Shown here in pieces: positions 5,955-14,780 of a stretch of 64,000 bases of DNA. The notes under the pieces are model-generated. The model was not told the DNA's origin and made no database searches. It saw nothing but the letters and a program-made list of their open reading frames with translations. A program made the position numbers and the translations under genes. Position 1 is the first letter of the stretch. Each line of letters starts with the position of its first letter. This DNA comes from a virus. The stretch lies in IMG/VR virus record IMGVR_UViG_3300042547_000432, one strand, 5' to 3'.

Positions 5955-8096
5955 TTAACTAATGAGTGTGGCAAAGGAAGTCAGCATTTTCTTATTGACG
6001 CCTTTCTTAGCAAGTGCCGTGGTGAATGCCTTGCCGATTTCTTTCTCAGAAGCATCTTCAGCAACTTCAAATTCGCTATTCGCAGATAGCGAATCGGTGC
6101 CCATCAGATAGAGTGCCTGATAACCAAGATGCTCAACCAGCTCAGCAGACTTAGTTTTCTTCCATTGCTTCTGAACTTCATTCCAATCGGTTTTACAATC
6201 TTCAGCATTGTAGGTGGTGTTAAGACCACGACCATTCACCAGACGAATACCAATCAGGTTTACATCCGAGAAACGATCACGCACATTCTGGAGAAATACT
6301 TTGGTGATAAGATCCGAGTTACCATAGTAACCTCCATCACTAAAGCGAGGATATACGCGACCAGTTTTACGGTCACGCAGAATACAATCATTACTCACAT
6401 AGCTGGTGCCAAGACGGCTACCGTAAGTCTGATCGGTGTAGTAATTGATATTGGAAGATTCGCCGTCAGTCAAAATAATAACGTTAGTCTTTTGAACCTT
6501 GTTACGCTTCTGAAAGTCGGGGATAAGTGCGGTCAGAGAAATTGCTGCTTCATGAAGAGGAGTGCCAGAAAGACTATATCCAGCAGGCATAGAGTAACCA
6601 GAGTAACTACCGTTGCCAACAACAAGACGCCAGAAGTTTTTAAGTTGTGCTTCAAGGTCTTTACCGTTTCGCCCATTGCTGCTAACAAGATTCAGCATAT
6701 TGAAATGGTCACACAGTTTAACTTGACCAGCCTTAGGAGTCTGAAGGCGAGGAGATTTGTTGCGAGTTTGAGTCTGATAATCGTAGGATTTGTGATACCA
6801 ATAATCATTGGTAAAGGCATAGATGTCAAAAGGAATCTGAACTTTCTTACAGAACCAAGCAAGGTTGAGAAGTTGCTTAGCAGTATCCTGAAGAATGTTG
6901 CCCATCGAACCAGACCAATCGAGAACAAAAATCAAACCGTGATTCTTACCGTCAGGCACCACATTGATTTTCTTGAATACATCTTCATTCCACTTGTAAG
7001 TGTGAAGAAGTGCCGTATCAAGGATACCAGTCTTGGCAGTAGATGCACGGGCATACTGATCTGCCGACTTACGCATTTCAAACTCTTTCACAAGGTAGTT
7101 AACCTCACGTTGAGCTTCACTACGAAAAGTAAGATACTGTTTGTCAACTTCCCTAAAGAGAGATTGCGATTGCTCGCCAAAAGTTTGATTACAATCTTCT
7201 TGAACTTCTTTATTAGTAATAACAAATTTTTCTACTTTCAAATCAGGCAACTCAATATAGTTGAGATGATGAGAACGAGGGTGGTCACTAATCAGTTGTT
7301 TCTGATTCTCAGTGAATGCCTTGTCAGTTTCAGACTCAAGTGTATTGTGTTGACCACCAGAAGTAGCTCCTTCACCCGCACCTTGAGGTTGATTAGCATC
7401 AGCACCGTCACCTTGAGTTTGATTACCATTGCCAGACACTTCTTGCGGTTGCTCGCCTTCGCCTTGATCACCCTCACCTTGAGTGGAATCACCCCCACCT
7501 TGAGTAGATTGCTGAAGGTCGGGTTGTGCTTCTACAACCTGCTGTTGCTCCTGTTCTTGAGTATATTGAAGAATCTTACGAGCAACTTCTACAACTTGCT
7601 CAAAGGTTTCGGCATTAGCAAGCTCATCCACCAGCATCTTCTCTTCAGTATTCCAAGCAAACACTTCACCAGCATGAATGCCAATCTTAAAGTAAAGATT
7701 CACACGGTCAATCAGAGCATAAGAATCTAACTCACGGTCACCAATACAGAAGAAATCATCATCTTGTAGCTCTTTGTAACCAGCATAGAAGTTACGAGCA
7801 AGACCAGGAAACTTACGTTTCATCAGTTTCTCAATACGAGCATCCTCACACACATTCAGGTAGGATTGAGGAATGCCATAATCATCACCCCATTTGTCGG
7901 GGGTATACAGAGCGTGACCGACTTCATGCCCAACCAGCATATCGTATACGTTGGCAGATGCTTTCTCCCACATAGGCAGGGTCAGCACACGATCCTTCAC
8001 GTTAAACATCGCCGTCTCAACAGGGCGGTGCTCTACGATCAGGTTTTCGGTAGCAAGAAGGCGAGCGAGATTGCCCTTGACTTCGGCGTTGAACAT
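5955..8096 (-). CDS. HEXXH metallopeptidase-like domain plus vWA (MIDAS) domain, CobT-like, 713 aa (start revised to MFNAEV)
   Basis: GHEVGHALYT; Q/G/E-rich linker; VLDWSGSM, GTPL, ILTDGES MIDAS elements; adjacent to cobS. Confidence 0.85.
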   Translation of the reverse strand: MFNAEVKGNLARLLATENLIVEHRPVETAMFNVKDRVLTLPMWEKASANVYDMLVGHEVGHALYTPDKWGDDYGIPQSYLNVCEDARIEKLMKRKFPGLARNFYAGYKELQDDDFFCIGDRELDSYALIDRVNLYFKIGIHAGEVFAWNTEEKMLVDELANAETFEQVVEVARKILQYTQEQEQQQVVEAQPDLQQSTQGGGDSTQGEGDQGEGEQPQEVSGNGNQTQGDGADANQPQGAGEGATSGGQHNTLESETDKAFTENQKQLISDHPRSHHLNYIELPDLKVEKFVITNKEVQEDCNQTFGEQSQSLFREVDKQYLTFRSEAQREVNYLVKEFEMRKSADQYARASTAKTGILDTALLHTYKWNEDVFKKINVVPDGKNHGLIFVLDWSGSMGNILQDTAKQLLNLAWFCKKVQIPFDIYAFTNDYWYHKSYDYQTQTRNKSPRLQTPKAGQVKLCDHFNMLNLVSSNGRNGKDLEAQLKNFWRLVVGNGSYSGYSMPAGYSLSGTPLHEAAISLTALIPDFQKRNKVQKTNVIILTDGESSNINYYTDQTYGSRLGTSYVSNDCILRDRKTGRVYPRFSDGGYYGNSDLITKVFLQNVRDRFSDVNLIGIRLVNGRGLNTTYNAEDCKTDWNEVQKQWKKTKSAELVEHLGYQALYLMGTDSLSANSEFEVAEDASEKEIGKAFTTALAKKGVNKKMLTSFATLIS

Positions 8097-8119
8097 CGGT
8101 CTCTTTCGTTGATGAATCA

Positions 8120-8148
8120 ACTATACATCAAAAGGGGTGCCGAAGCAA
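8120..8148 (-). promoter_or_regulatory. sigma70-type promoter TTGCTT-17-TATAGT
   Basis: -35 at 8143-8148, -10 at 8120-8125. Confidence 0.55.
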
Positions 8149-8156
8149 CCCCTCTT
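8130..8156 (-). terminator. Terminator after gp46 with cUUCGg loop
   Basis: GGGG-T-TGC-TTCG-GCA-CCCC-TTTT. Confidence 0.7.
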
Positions 8157-8159
8157 AAG

Positions 8160-9884
8160 TTATTCTAATGTCTCTTCCGTGACGTATGAGAAATTCTTAT
8201 GCTTCTCAAATCGTAGGCAGCGGTCAAACTTGTCTGCCATATTGTCTCGATGAGAGATAACAAACACATTTGTTTTGTCATCAAAGGTTTTAAGAATCCA
8301 CCCAAGATCGCTGTTACCAGATTGATCTAGTGAACCGTCAAAGATTTCATCAAGGATTAGAAGATTAGTATCCACGCTATTCTTAAGTTTAGCAACACTA
8401 CGCCAAGTAAGCAGCAGAGCAATATCAATTCTAGCCTTTTCGCCCTCAGAAAAAGATTCATAACTAAATTCATCTCTGTAACGTGATTTGATTACTTCTT
8501 CAAAACTTTCGTTAAGCATAAACGATGCTGGAAACTCCATCTTATCAAGGTAATCATTGATAAGCTTGTTCATCGTTGGAAGGTATTTTTTGATGATCCT
8601 CGTTTTGATGCCCGAGTCTTTGAGGAGTTGCGCCGCCGTGAGTAGGCAGTCTTTTTCTTCTTTTGTTTCAGAAATCGTTTCTTGGATTCGCTTCCCGTCC
8701 TCGCTGAGCGATTTAAGTATTGAAAACTGCTCTCGTTGACTGACATCTGAATCCCGCAGTTTTCTGATGTCGTCGTCCAGTTCTTCAATTCGTTTATGAA
8801 GTGACTTAATTTCATTATTGAGTTGTCTGTTCTTTAGATTGAGTTCGTTTATTTCATCAATCAAAAGAATAAAGGTATCTTCTTTACTTTGGAGATCGGA
8901 AAGTTGTTGTCCCAAATCAGACACACCTTTCTCCACCTCAGCAAGTTTATCCGAGAGAAGCGCGATCTTCTCTTGTTTAAAATGCTCTTCGATACTCTGA
9001 CCGCATGTTGGGCAAGTATCATTCTCCTCAAAGAATTTTTTCTCTTTTGTGTGAGACTTTCGTTTGGTTGACAATTTTTCTTTGATCGTAGTGATCTTAG
9101 ATATCGTTGCTTTAAGCGTCTGCGTGTCTGAAATGGCAGCGGTCTTAATGTTGATTTCCTTGTCGTTATTGAGGATTTCTGTTTCATGATTTAGAGATTC
9201 TGTTAACAGAGTTTCTTTCTTGTTCTCTTTTTCTTGAATGTCTTCTTTATTCTTTTTCTCAATTTCAAGCATAAACTGTTTCTGCATATCAATCTTTTCT
9301 TTGACAAGAGACAGTTTATACTCGTGATCTTTTAATTCGTCGTTAATTACTTTAATCTTTTCTTTGAGATTGACATTCATTGTCGAGAAGATTTGAATGT
9401 CAAGAATGTCTTCAATGATTTCTCTACGAGCTGCCAATGGAAGACGCATAAATGGCACAAAGGTAGATGACCCGAGCACCACAATCTGAGTAAATGATTT
9501 GTAATTCATTTTCAGAATAGTTTGCTCAAAATGTTTTTGCTGATCTACAGCAGAAGAATCTTGATTGAGTAGCGCACCATTCTGGTAAATTTCAAACTTC
9601 GCTGGTTTAATACCACGAATCACTTTGTATTTATTATTACCAATATTAAAATTAACTTCTACAACACAATCACTTTGATTAATGGAGTTGAGAAGTTGTG
9701 GTTTGTTAATTTTTCTAAATGGTTTACCAAACAACGAAAAAGTGAGGGCATCGAGAATGGTGGATTTACCAGCACCATTGCTCCCCACAATCAAACTACT
9801 TTTAGTGTCAGTAAGAGATACTTCAGTAAACTGAGCACCAGTAGACAGAAAATTTTTCCATTTAATGGTTTTGAATATAATCAT
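8160..9884 (-). CDS. gp46: Recombination endonuclease ATPase subunit gp46 (Rad50/SbcC-like), 574 aa
   Basis: KNFLSTG, GSNGAGKSTILDAL, CPTCGQ zinc hook, FSEGEKARID, LLILDEIFD. Confidence 0.97.
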   Translation of the reverse strand: MIIFKTIKWKNFLSTGAQFTEVSLTDTKSSLIVGSNGAGKSTILDALTFSLFGKPFRKINKPQLLNSINQSDCVVEVNFNIGNNKYKVIRGIKPAKFEIYQNGALLNQDSSAVDQQKHFEQTILKMNYKSFTQIVVLGSSTFVPFMRLPLAARREIIEDILDIQIFSTMNVNLKEKIKVINDELKDHEYKLSLVKEKIDMQKQFMLEIEKKNKEDIQEKENKKETLLTESLNHETEILNNDKEINIKTAAISDTQTLKATISKITTIKEKLSTKRKSHTKEKKFFEENDTCPTCGQSIEEHFKQEKIALLSDKLAEVEKGVSDLGQQLSDLQSKEDTFILLIDEINELNLKNRQLNNEIKSLHKRIEELDDDIRKLRDSDVSQREQFSILKSLSEDGKRIQETISETKEEKDCLLTAAQLLKDSGIKTRIIKKYLPTMNKLINDYLDKMEFPASFMLNESFEEVIKSRYRDEFSYESFSEGEKARIDIALLLTWRSVAKLKNSVDTNLLILDEIFDGSLDQSGNSDLGWILKTFDDKTNVFVISHRDNMADKFDRCLRFEKHKNFSYVTEETLE

Positions 9885-10149
9885 AATCTCTGGGGGGAAC
9901 AATAATGTCGTCGGGTTCAATAATAGTGTACTTCATCCCTTTCATTTCACACACTTGTATTCCAGCTTTTGGATCTACTTCGTGAGTTGTAAGAGGGGGT
10001 AGAGTTCCTTCGTAGTCGTTTGCCTCAAGCAAACCAAGATACCTCTCGGCATCTTCTTCTTCTTTGAAAAAGTATACCACATGATCACCCTCGTCGTCAA
10101 CAACCGAATAAACTCCATCTGAATGTTCGGCAAGGGTGATAAGAAACAT
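9862..10149 (-). CDS. Hypothetical protein between gp47 and gp46
   Basis: 95-aa acidic ORF, coupled to both neighbours. Confidence 0.8.
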   Translation of the reverse strand: MFLITLAEHSDGVYSVVDDEGDHVVYFFKEEEDAERYLGLLEANDYEGTLPPLTTHEVDPKAGIQVCEMKGMKYTIIEPDDIIVPPRDYDYIQNH

Positions 10150-11199
10150 TTATACTACCTCACAACTCTCAATATATAGGGACTTCATAACGCTTTTTAA
10201 TTTTGCTTTGTCTACGGCAATCTCTACCTCATCAATATATTCGTTAAGAAGTGTGAGTGTGTCTTTGATTTCTACATTCTCATCATCCTCCACAAAAGAA
10301 TCATTCACAAGTGTCTCAACAATTTTAACATCATGTGGTTGAGTAGCAAATACAGAGTCAACAAACTTCTCAAACTCTGTATAGTCTTTCTTATCTTCTA
10401 CGATAATCTTGACAAAAGAATTTGAACACTCACTGGTATCGAAGCTGAGATGAGAACCAGTAGAATCATTGTAATAGATTTTCTGGAAAATCTCATAAGG
10501 GTTCTTGACCCGCTTGAGTTTATTTGTCTTTGGTTCATAGAGATGAAATCCTCGCTCGTCTTTATAATCATTCCAGAACATCTGGTAAGGATTACCCAGA
10601 TAAGTGATGTTACCTCTGGATGATTTGTGGTGGTAGTGTCCCGAGAATACTTGTTTAAACTTTTTAAAAATCTTAGGATCCATACCATGTTCCTGTGTAT
10701 TTCCAGGAGTCACTTCAAAACCAGATAGTTCAAGGTGACCCATAGCAATCTCAGCACTGGTCCCTTCAAGATGCTTCATGGTATCATCATAATTGCTGGA
10801 GTTAATCCAAGGCAACATAAGAATCTTAGCACCATCAATCATTACTGTCTCTGGATGAGCGTAGATTTCAATGTTGCTGAAGTCCTTGAGTAGAAGTTCG
10901 GGTGAGTTAATCTCGTTAGTGTTTTTATAGTAGACGCAATGATTACCAAGAATCATGTGAACGAAGATACCCATGTCTTCAAGGCGTTGAAAATAATGTT
11001 GGCGAACCCTATTCCAAACATTAAAATCAATCCCCTTACGATTATCAAACGTATCACCGAGGTCAATAACAGTTTTGATTCCGTGTCTCTCCAGTGTTGG
11101 GAAGAAGATGTCGTCGTAGAATTTTTTGAAGTATTCCCAAAACGCAACACTACCTTTCCTCCCGTCAAGATGTTGGTCAGTAATCAAAGCTACGGTCAT
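10150..11199 (-). CDS. gp47: Recombination endonuclease nuclease subunit gp47 (Mre11/SbcD-like)
   Basis: ITDQH, DLGDTFD, LGNH, MGHLE, FSGHYH metallophosphoesterase motifs. Confidence 0.96.
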   Translation of the reverse strand: MTVALITDQHLDGRKGSVAFWEYFKKFYDDIFFPTLERHGIKTVIDLGDTFDNRKGIDFNVWNRVRQHYFQRLEDMGIFVHMILGNHCVYYKNTNEINSPELLLKDFSNIEIYAHPETVMIDGAKILMLPWINSSNYDDTMKHLEGTSAEIAMGHLELSGFEVTPGNTQEHGMDPKIFKKFKQVFSGHYHHKSSRGNITYLGNPYQMFWNDYKDERGFHLYEPKTNKLKRVKNPYEIFQKIYYNDSTGSHLSFDTSECSNSFVKIIVEDKKDYTEFEKFVDSVFATQPHDVKIVETLVNDSFVEDDENVEIKDTLTLLNEYIDEVEIAVDKAKLKSVMKSLYIESCEVV

Positions 11200-11714
11200 C
11201 GTTTAGATCTCATTTCAAGGTTTTCTTTGATGCTGTTCATGTCAGCACTACTGCTATTATATCCTATCATGTCACCACTGTAACTGTCTGTATGCAAAAC
11301 TTCATCATATCCAGAACGCTCAAGCAATTTATTTTTTGTTTCTAATTGCTTTTTCTCTTTAGCAATTCTACGAAGAAACGCAAAATATATCATTTGTGTA
11401 AAGTAAGCAAAAGGATTAGTAGATTTTGCTGGATCAAATCTATCAATATACTGTACACAATTTTCTACCGCATCACCTATCATATCATCCCTAAACATGT
11501 AATTTACAAAGTTAGGCTTGTAGGATAAATGCGTAGCAATTTTATAAAAACACTCCCCAATATAATTTGGAATACGTGGGCGCTGTGTTCCTTGTCTTGT
11601 TGCTTCGTCACACTGAAGTTTATAGACAACCAAAGCGTCCAAAAATTCTCTGTTGTTGACGTAGTTTTCTGTTTTCTTTTTGGTCATTTTTGACGCTATG
11701 GTACTGGTACTCAT
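11196..11714 (-). CDS. gp55: Late transcription sigma factor gp55 (start 11714 or 11687)
   Basis: NYVNNREF, IPNYIGECF, KPNFVNYMFRDDMIGD, NPFAYFTQ. Confidence 0.96.
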   Translation of the reverse strand: MSTSTIASKMTKKKTENYVNNREFLDALVVYKLQCDEATRQGTQRPRIPNYIGECFYKIATHLSYKPNFVNYMFRDDMIGDAVENCVQYIDRFDPAKSTNPFAYFTQMIYFAFLRRIAKEKKQLETKNKLLERSGYDEVLHTDSYSGDMIGYNSSSADMNSIKENLEMRSKR

Positions 11715-11737
11715 GAACTTAACCAATTTACAATACA

Positions 11738-11766
11738 ATTGTAGCATACGCTAACAAAATTGTAAA
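11738..11766 (-). promoter_or_regulatory. sigma70-type promoter for gp55, TTTACA-17-TACAAT
   Basis: -35 at 11761-11766, -10 at 11738-11743. Confidence 0.65.
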
Positions 11767-11770
11767 GGGC

Positions 11771-11799
11771 TTGACAAGACCTTCAATTCTGTGTATAAT
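11771..11799 (+). promoter_or_regulatory. Perfect sigma70 consensus TTGACA-17-TATAAT on the antisense strand
   Basis: Exact consensus and spacing; no supported plus-strand gene downstream. Confidence 0.75.
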
Positions 11800-11814
11800 A
11801 GCAATGTGGCGCTT

Positions 11815-12231
11815 TCAAGATTTATTATAGATCTGTTCTAAAATACTTCTAGCTTCTTTAGTTGAACTGATGTATCCATCCATTATTCTTGTATCACGGC
11901 GGTGTCCTGGAATACCGCCGTTTTTTAACATGTGATCTTCTTGTTGTTTTCTTTGTAGATACTGTTCATAGAAGGAAACAATTCTACCGTCAGTCTCAAC
12001 CATTGTAACAATTTGATTACGAGGAATAATAAACATGTCTTCGTGTGTTGCTTGTATCCAAGATTGGAATTCAAATCCTTCTATTTTTATTCCCTTTTTT
12101 TTCATTTCAGTTCTAATTACAATCCTTGGATTAAAAATAATAATAACATCATCATCAGGATCATAGGAAACTTTTCCAACTAATTCTTCACTAGAAGTTA
12201 ATTTAATAGTGGCATAAAATTCTTCTTCCAT
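11815..12231 (-). CDS. Hypothetical protein between uvsW and gp55
   Basis: 138 aa, MEEEFYATIKLTSSEELVGKV; coupled to uvsW. Confidence 0.8.
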   Translation of the reverse strand: MEEEFYATIKLTSSEELVGKVSYDPDDDVIIIFNPRIVIRTEMKKKGIKIEGFEFQSWIQATHEDMFIIPRNQIVTMVETDGRIVSFYEQYLQRKQQEDHMLKNGGIPGHRRDTRIMDGYISSTKEARSILEQIYNKS

Positions 12232-12232
12232 A

Positions 12233-13711
12233 TTATCTTAAATCTATTTTAATAATTTCTACATTAAATTTTTCTTCCTCATAAATTTTTAAACGCTCAT
12301 CTAAATGTTTTAGCGTGTAATTTTTTTGTGGTGTTCTACAATACTCATCGGCAATGTCATAAAGAGTAGCGTAGGTTTTGTTGTTGCCCTTACGCAATAC
12401 ACGACCGATAGATTGTAAGTTTCTTACTCTTGATTTTGAAGGTGAAGCAAATACAACATTGTGTAGATTACGAATGTTGATGCCAGTGCTGAATGTTCCG
12501 TATGAAGCAACAATCACTGCGTTGTTTTCAGTTTCAGTGATGCGTCTAATCTCTTCGCGTTCTTCAGTGTCTACACCACCATAGACCAGAAAAACTTTAC
12601 GACCTTTTTCAACAACACTATTTATCGCCTCGTAAAGTGGCACTCCATGACGTTCCACATAGTTAAAGAGAACTAAAGAGTTACCTTCAAGATCACGCAC
12701 AAGATTTTTAATTAGACGATTGCGTTTTGGATTATCAACAATCGCATCAATCTCTCCTTGATAATCCCAGAACTCCATCTTCTCATGCTTGAGTAGGAGA
12801 ACTTTAATTCTAAAATCAGATAGGTGACCTTCTTTAATAAGCTTCTCTGTTTTAGTAACATGCTTACACTCACCAAACAATCCTTCCAACACCCACTTGT
12901 GTGTGGCAGAACCATCCAGTGTTCCAGTGAAACCGAAACGATATTTGGCTTCATGGAGTTTTGTCATGATGCCAGTGAGTGATTTGGATTTGAATAGATG
13001 TGCTTCGTCACCGATAACACACGAGAAATCATCAAACCAACGCTTAGGAAACTTGTAGATAGATTGCCAAGTGGAAATGATAACTGCTTTCTCTACGTTC
13101 TTATCTTTACCACCATAAATTTTATGGCAGTGTTCTTCTACATTCCAACCGTAGTCTTCGAAGTCTTTATACATCTGTTCCACCAGTGAAGTGGTGGGAA
13201 CAATGATAAGAGTTTTCTTCCCCGTTTGTTTATATTCAGATGCGTAGTAATAACGCACCAGAGAATAAATCATCAAAGACTTGCCTGAGGCAGTTGGAGA
13301 TAATAGGAGTCTGCGATTGTTTAGCAGTGCTTGATATACTGCTTGAACCTGATAATCGCGTGGTTCGTGGTTGGGGCATACAGCTGCCATGAAACCTTTT
13401 ACGCCTTCAAGCGTAATATGTTCATTCTTTTCTTCTACATCTCCATAGAACTTATTACCTTGATATTCTATTGAATAACCTTTAACTCCACTCCACTCTT
13501 TGAGGTGTGAGATGAGACCACAATAGAGCTCACCTGTTCCTGGAGAATAGAGTCTAATCTTACCGTCCCAGACACCACTTTTATATTGTGGCATAAACTT
13601 GGCATTAGGGATATCGAATGTAAAATAGTCTGCGAGTTCATAGTGAACATGTGGTTCTGCTTTGATTGTCAAGAAAATGTTGTTCTTTTTTGCGACGACC
13701 AGATTTGTCAT
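12233..13711 (-). CDS. uvsW: SF2 helicase UvsW
   Basis: PRDYQ, SPTASGKS, STWQS, GDEAH, FTGT, QSIGRVLR. Confidence 0.97.
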   Translation of the reverse strand: MTNLVVAKKNNIFLTIKAEPHVHYELADYFTFDIPNAKFMPQYKSGVWDGKIRLYSPGTGELYCGLISHLKEWSGVKGYSIEYQGNKFYGDVEEKNEHITLEGVKGFMAAVCPNHEPRDYQVQAVYQALLNNRRLLLSPTASGKSLMIYSLVRYYYASEYKQTGKKTLIIVPTTSLVEQMYKDFEDYGWNVEEHCHKIYGGKDKNVEKAVIISTWQSIYKFPKRWFDDFSCVIGDEAHLFKSKSLTGIMTKLHEAKYRFGFTGTLDGSATHKWVLEGLFGECKHVTKTEKLIKEGHLSDFRIKVLLLKHEKMEFWDYQGEIDAIVDNPKRNRLIKNLVRDLEGNSLVLFNYVERHGVPLYEAINSVVEKGRKVFLVYGGVDTEEREEIRRITETENNAVIVASYGTFSTGINIRNLHNVVFASPSKSRVRNLQSIGRVLRKGNNKTYATLYDIADEYCRTPQKNYTLKHLDERLKIYEEEKFNVEIIKIDLR

Positions 13712-14187
13712 TAGGTGCTACCGTTAATAAATTTCTCCCACTCGATAGCGTTTTTAATTTGGAAACTTCTATTGGAAATCATTTTAAGAACATTATCCAA
13801 AAAGAAAAGTGCCTTATTAATAAACTCTATTTTCATTTCAATGTTAATTAAATCCTCATCCGCTTCCAAATATACTTTCATCTTCTCGGATGTTTTAATG
13901 GATTGTCCAAAAGGTTTTTCTTTATAAACTTCTGGGTCTGCTTCCCCTTGATAATATTCTCTTTTTTCTTTTAACTTCATACGATACTGGAATTCCAGTG
14001 CTGTTTTCTCTGTTGAGAAATCGTTGTAGAAGTTTAAATATTTATTGTGCTGATAAGGGATGTCTAGTGAAATTTGTGCTAGATCTGCTGAGTATTGTTT
14101 GTTTTTAAACTGGAAGTCAATATGTGAATCTTCTTGCCATTCTGATTTAACATGATTAAAAAGAGTTTTCAAATCATCAAATTTCAT
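13711..14187 (-). CDS. uvsY: Recombination mediator UvsY
   Basis: IPYQHNKYL, KREYYQGEA, ISNRSFQIKNAIEWEKF; between gp3 and uvsW. Confidence 0.92.
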   Translation of the reverse strand: MKFDDLKTLFNHVKSEWQEDSHIDFQFKNKQYSADLAQISLDIPYQHNKYLNFYNDFSTEKTALEFQYRMKLKEKREYYQGEADPEVYKEKPFGQSIKTSEKMKVYLEADEDLINIEMKIEFINKALFFLDNVLKMISNRSFQIKNAIEWEKFINGST

Positions 14188-14190
14188 AAA

Positions 14191-14706
14191 TTAAATTCTC
14201 CTGTTGTTTTTGTTTGTGAAGTAATAGGTTGTAAATTTAAATACTACGTCAGCAGTCAAATAATCTACATCTCTATCTTCTACATCAAATGATAGTTCTG
14301 TCAAAGACGTTGGAAAAATATTCTCAAATTCTACAATAATATTTGGATTAAAATTGCTATTTAAAATTTGTAATTGAGCATTAGAATATTCTGGAATTTC
14401 TTGGTCGTCCATTTCTTCTGCTAAATTATTTTTTCTAATCCATTTCCAGATGGTCAAATAATTACTTAAATCTTCGTCAACAATAAATTTTAAATTTAAA
14501 TCTCCGTATTCAACTCCACCAGATGCTGGTAGAGCAATGCTTCTATATCTTGTTGGTGCCTCTACTGTTCCAACAGAAATGTCTGGAAGATTTGCTCGTT
14601 GACAGAAAAAATCTACACCAGCAAAAATATCAAGATTCATCTTGAATCCTGCTGGGGCAAGAAAATTTCTATTTGTTGGTTGCTCGTTATACCACTTAGC
14701 AGACAT
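14191..14706 (-). CDS. gp3: Tail completion / tube terminator gp3
   Basis: NRNFLAPAGFK, FCQRANLP, FIVDEDLSNY, FPTSLTELSFD. Confidence 0.85.
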   Translation of the reverse strand: MSAKWYNEQPTNRNFLAPAGFKMNLDIFAGVDFFCQRANLPDISVGTVEAPTRYRSIALPASGGVEYGDLNLKFIVDEDLSNYLTIWKWIRKNNLAEEMDDQEIPEYSNAQLQILNSNFNPNIIVEFENIFPTSLTELSFDVEDRDVDYLTADVVFKFTTYYFTNKNNRRI

Positions 14707-14724
14707 AACTTTATGTTTTTTTAC

Positions 14725-14731
14725 TATTTAT
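14725..14731 (-). promoter_or_regulatory. Late promoter for gp3
   Basis: ATAAATA between the gp23 terminator and the gp3 start. Confidence 0.65.
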
Positions 14732-14737
14732 TTCCAT

Positions 14738-14762
14738 AAAAAAAGACCCCCTTTCGGGGGTC
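14738..14762 (-). terminator. gp23 terminator
   Basis: GACCCCC-GAAA-GGGGGTC followed by T7. Confidence 0.9.
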
Positions 14763-14780
14763 AATGTATTTACCTGAAAA

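Noticed and set aside
10939-11283. 114-aa plus-strand ORF across gp47/gp55
   Set aside because: Codon-aligned shadow of gp47; lies upstream of the plus-strand promoter at 11771, so that promoter cannot transcribe it
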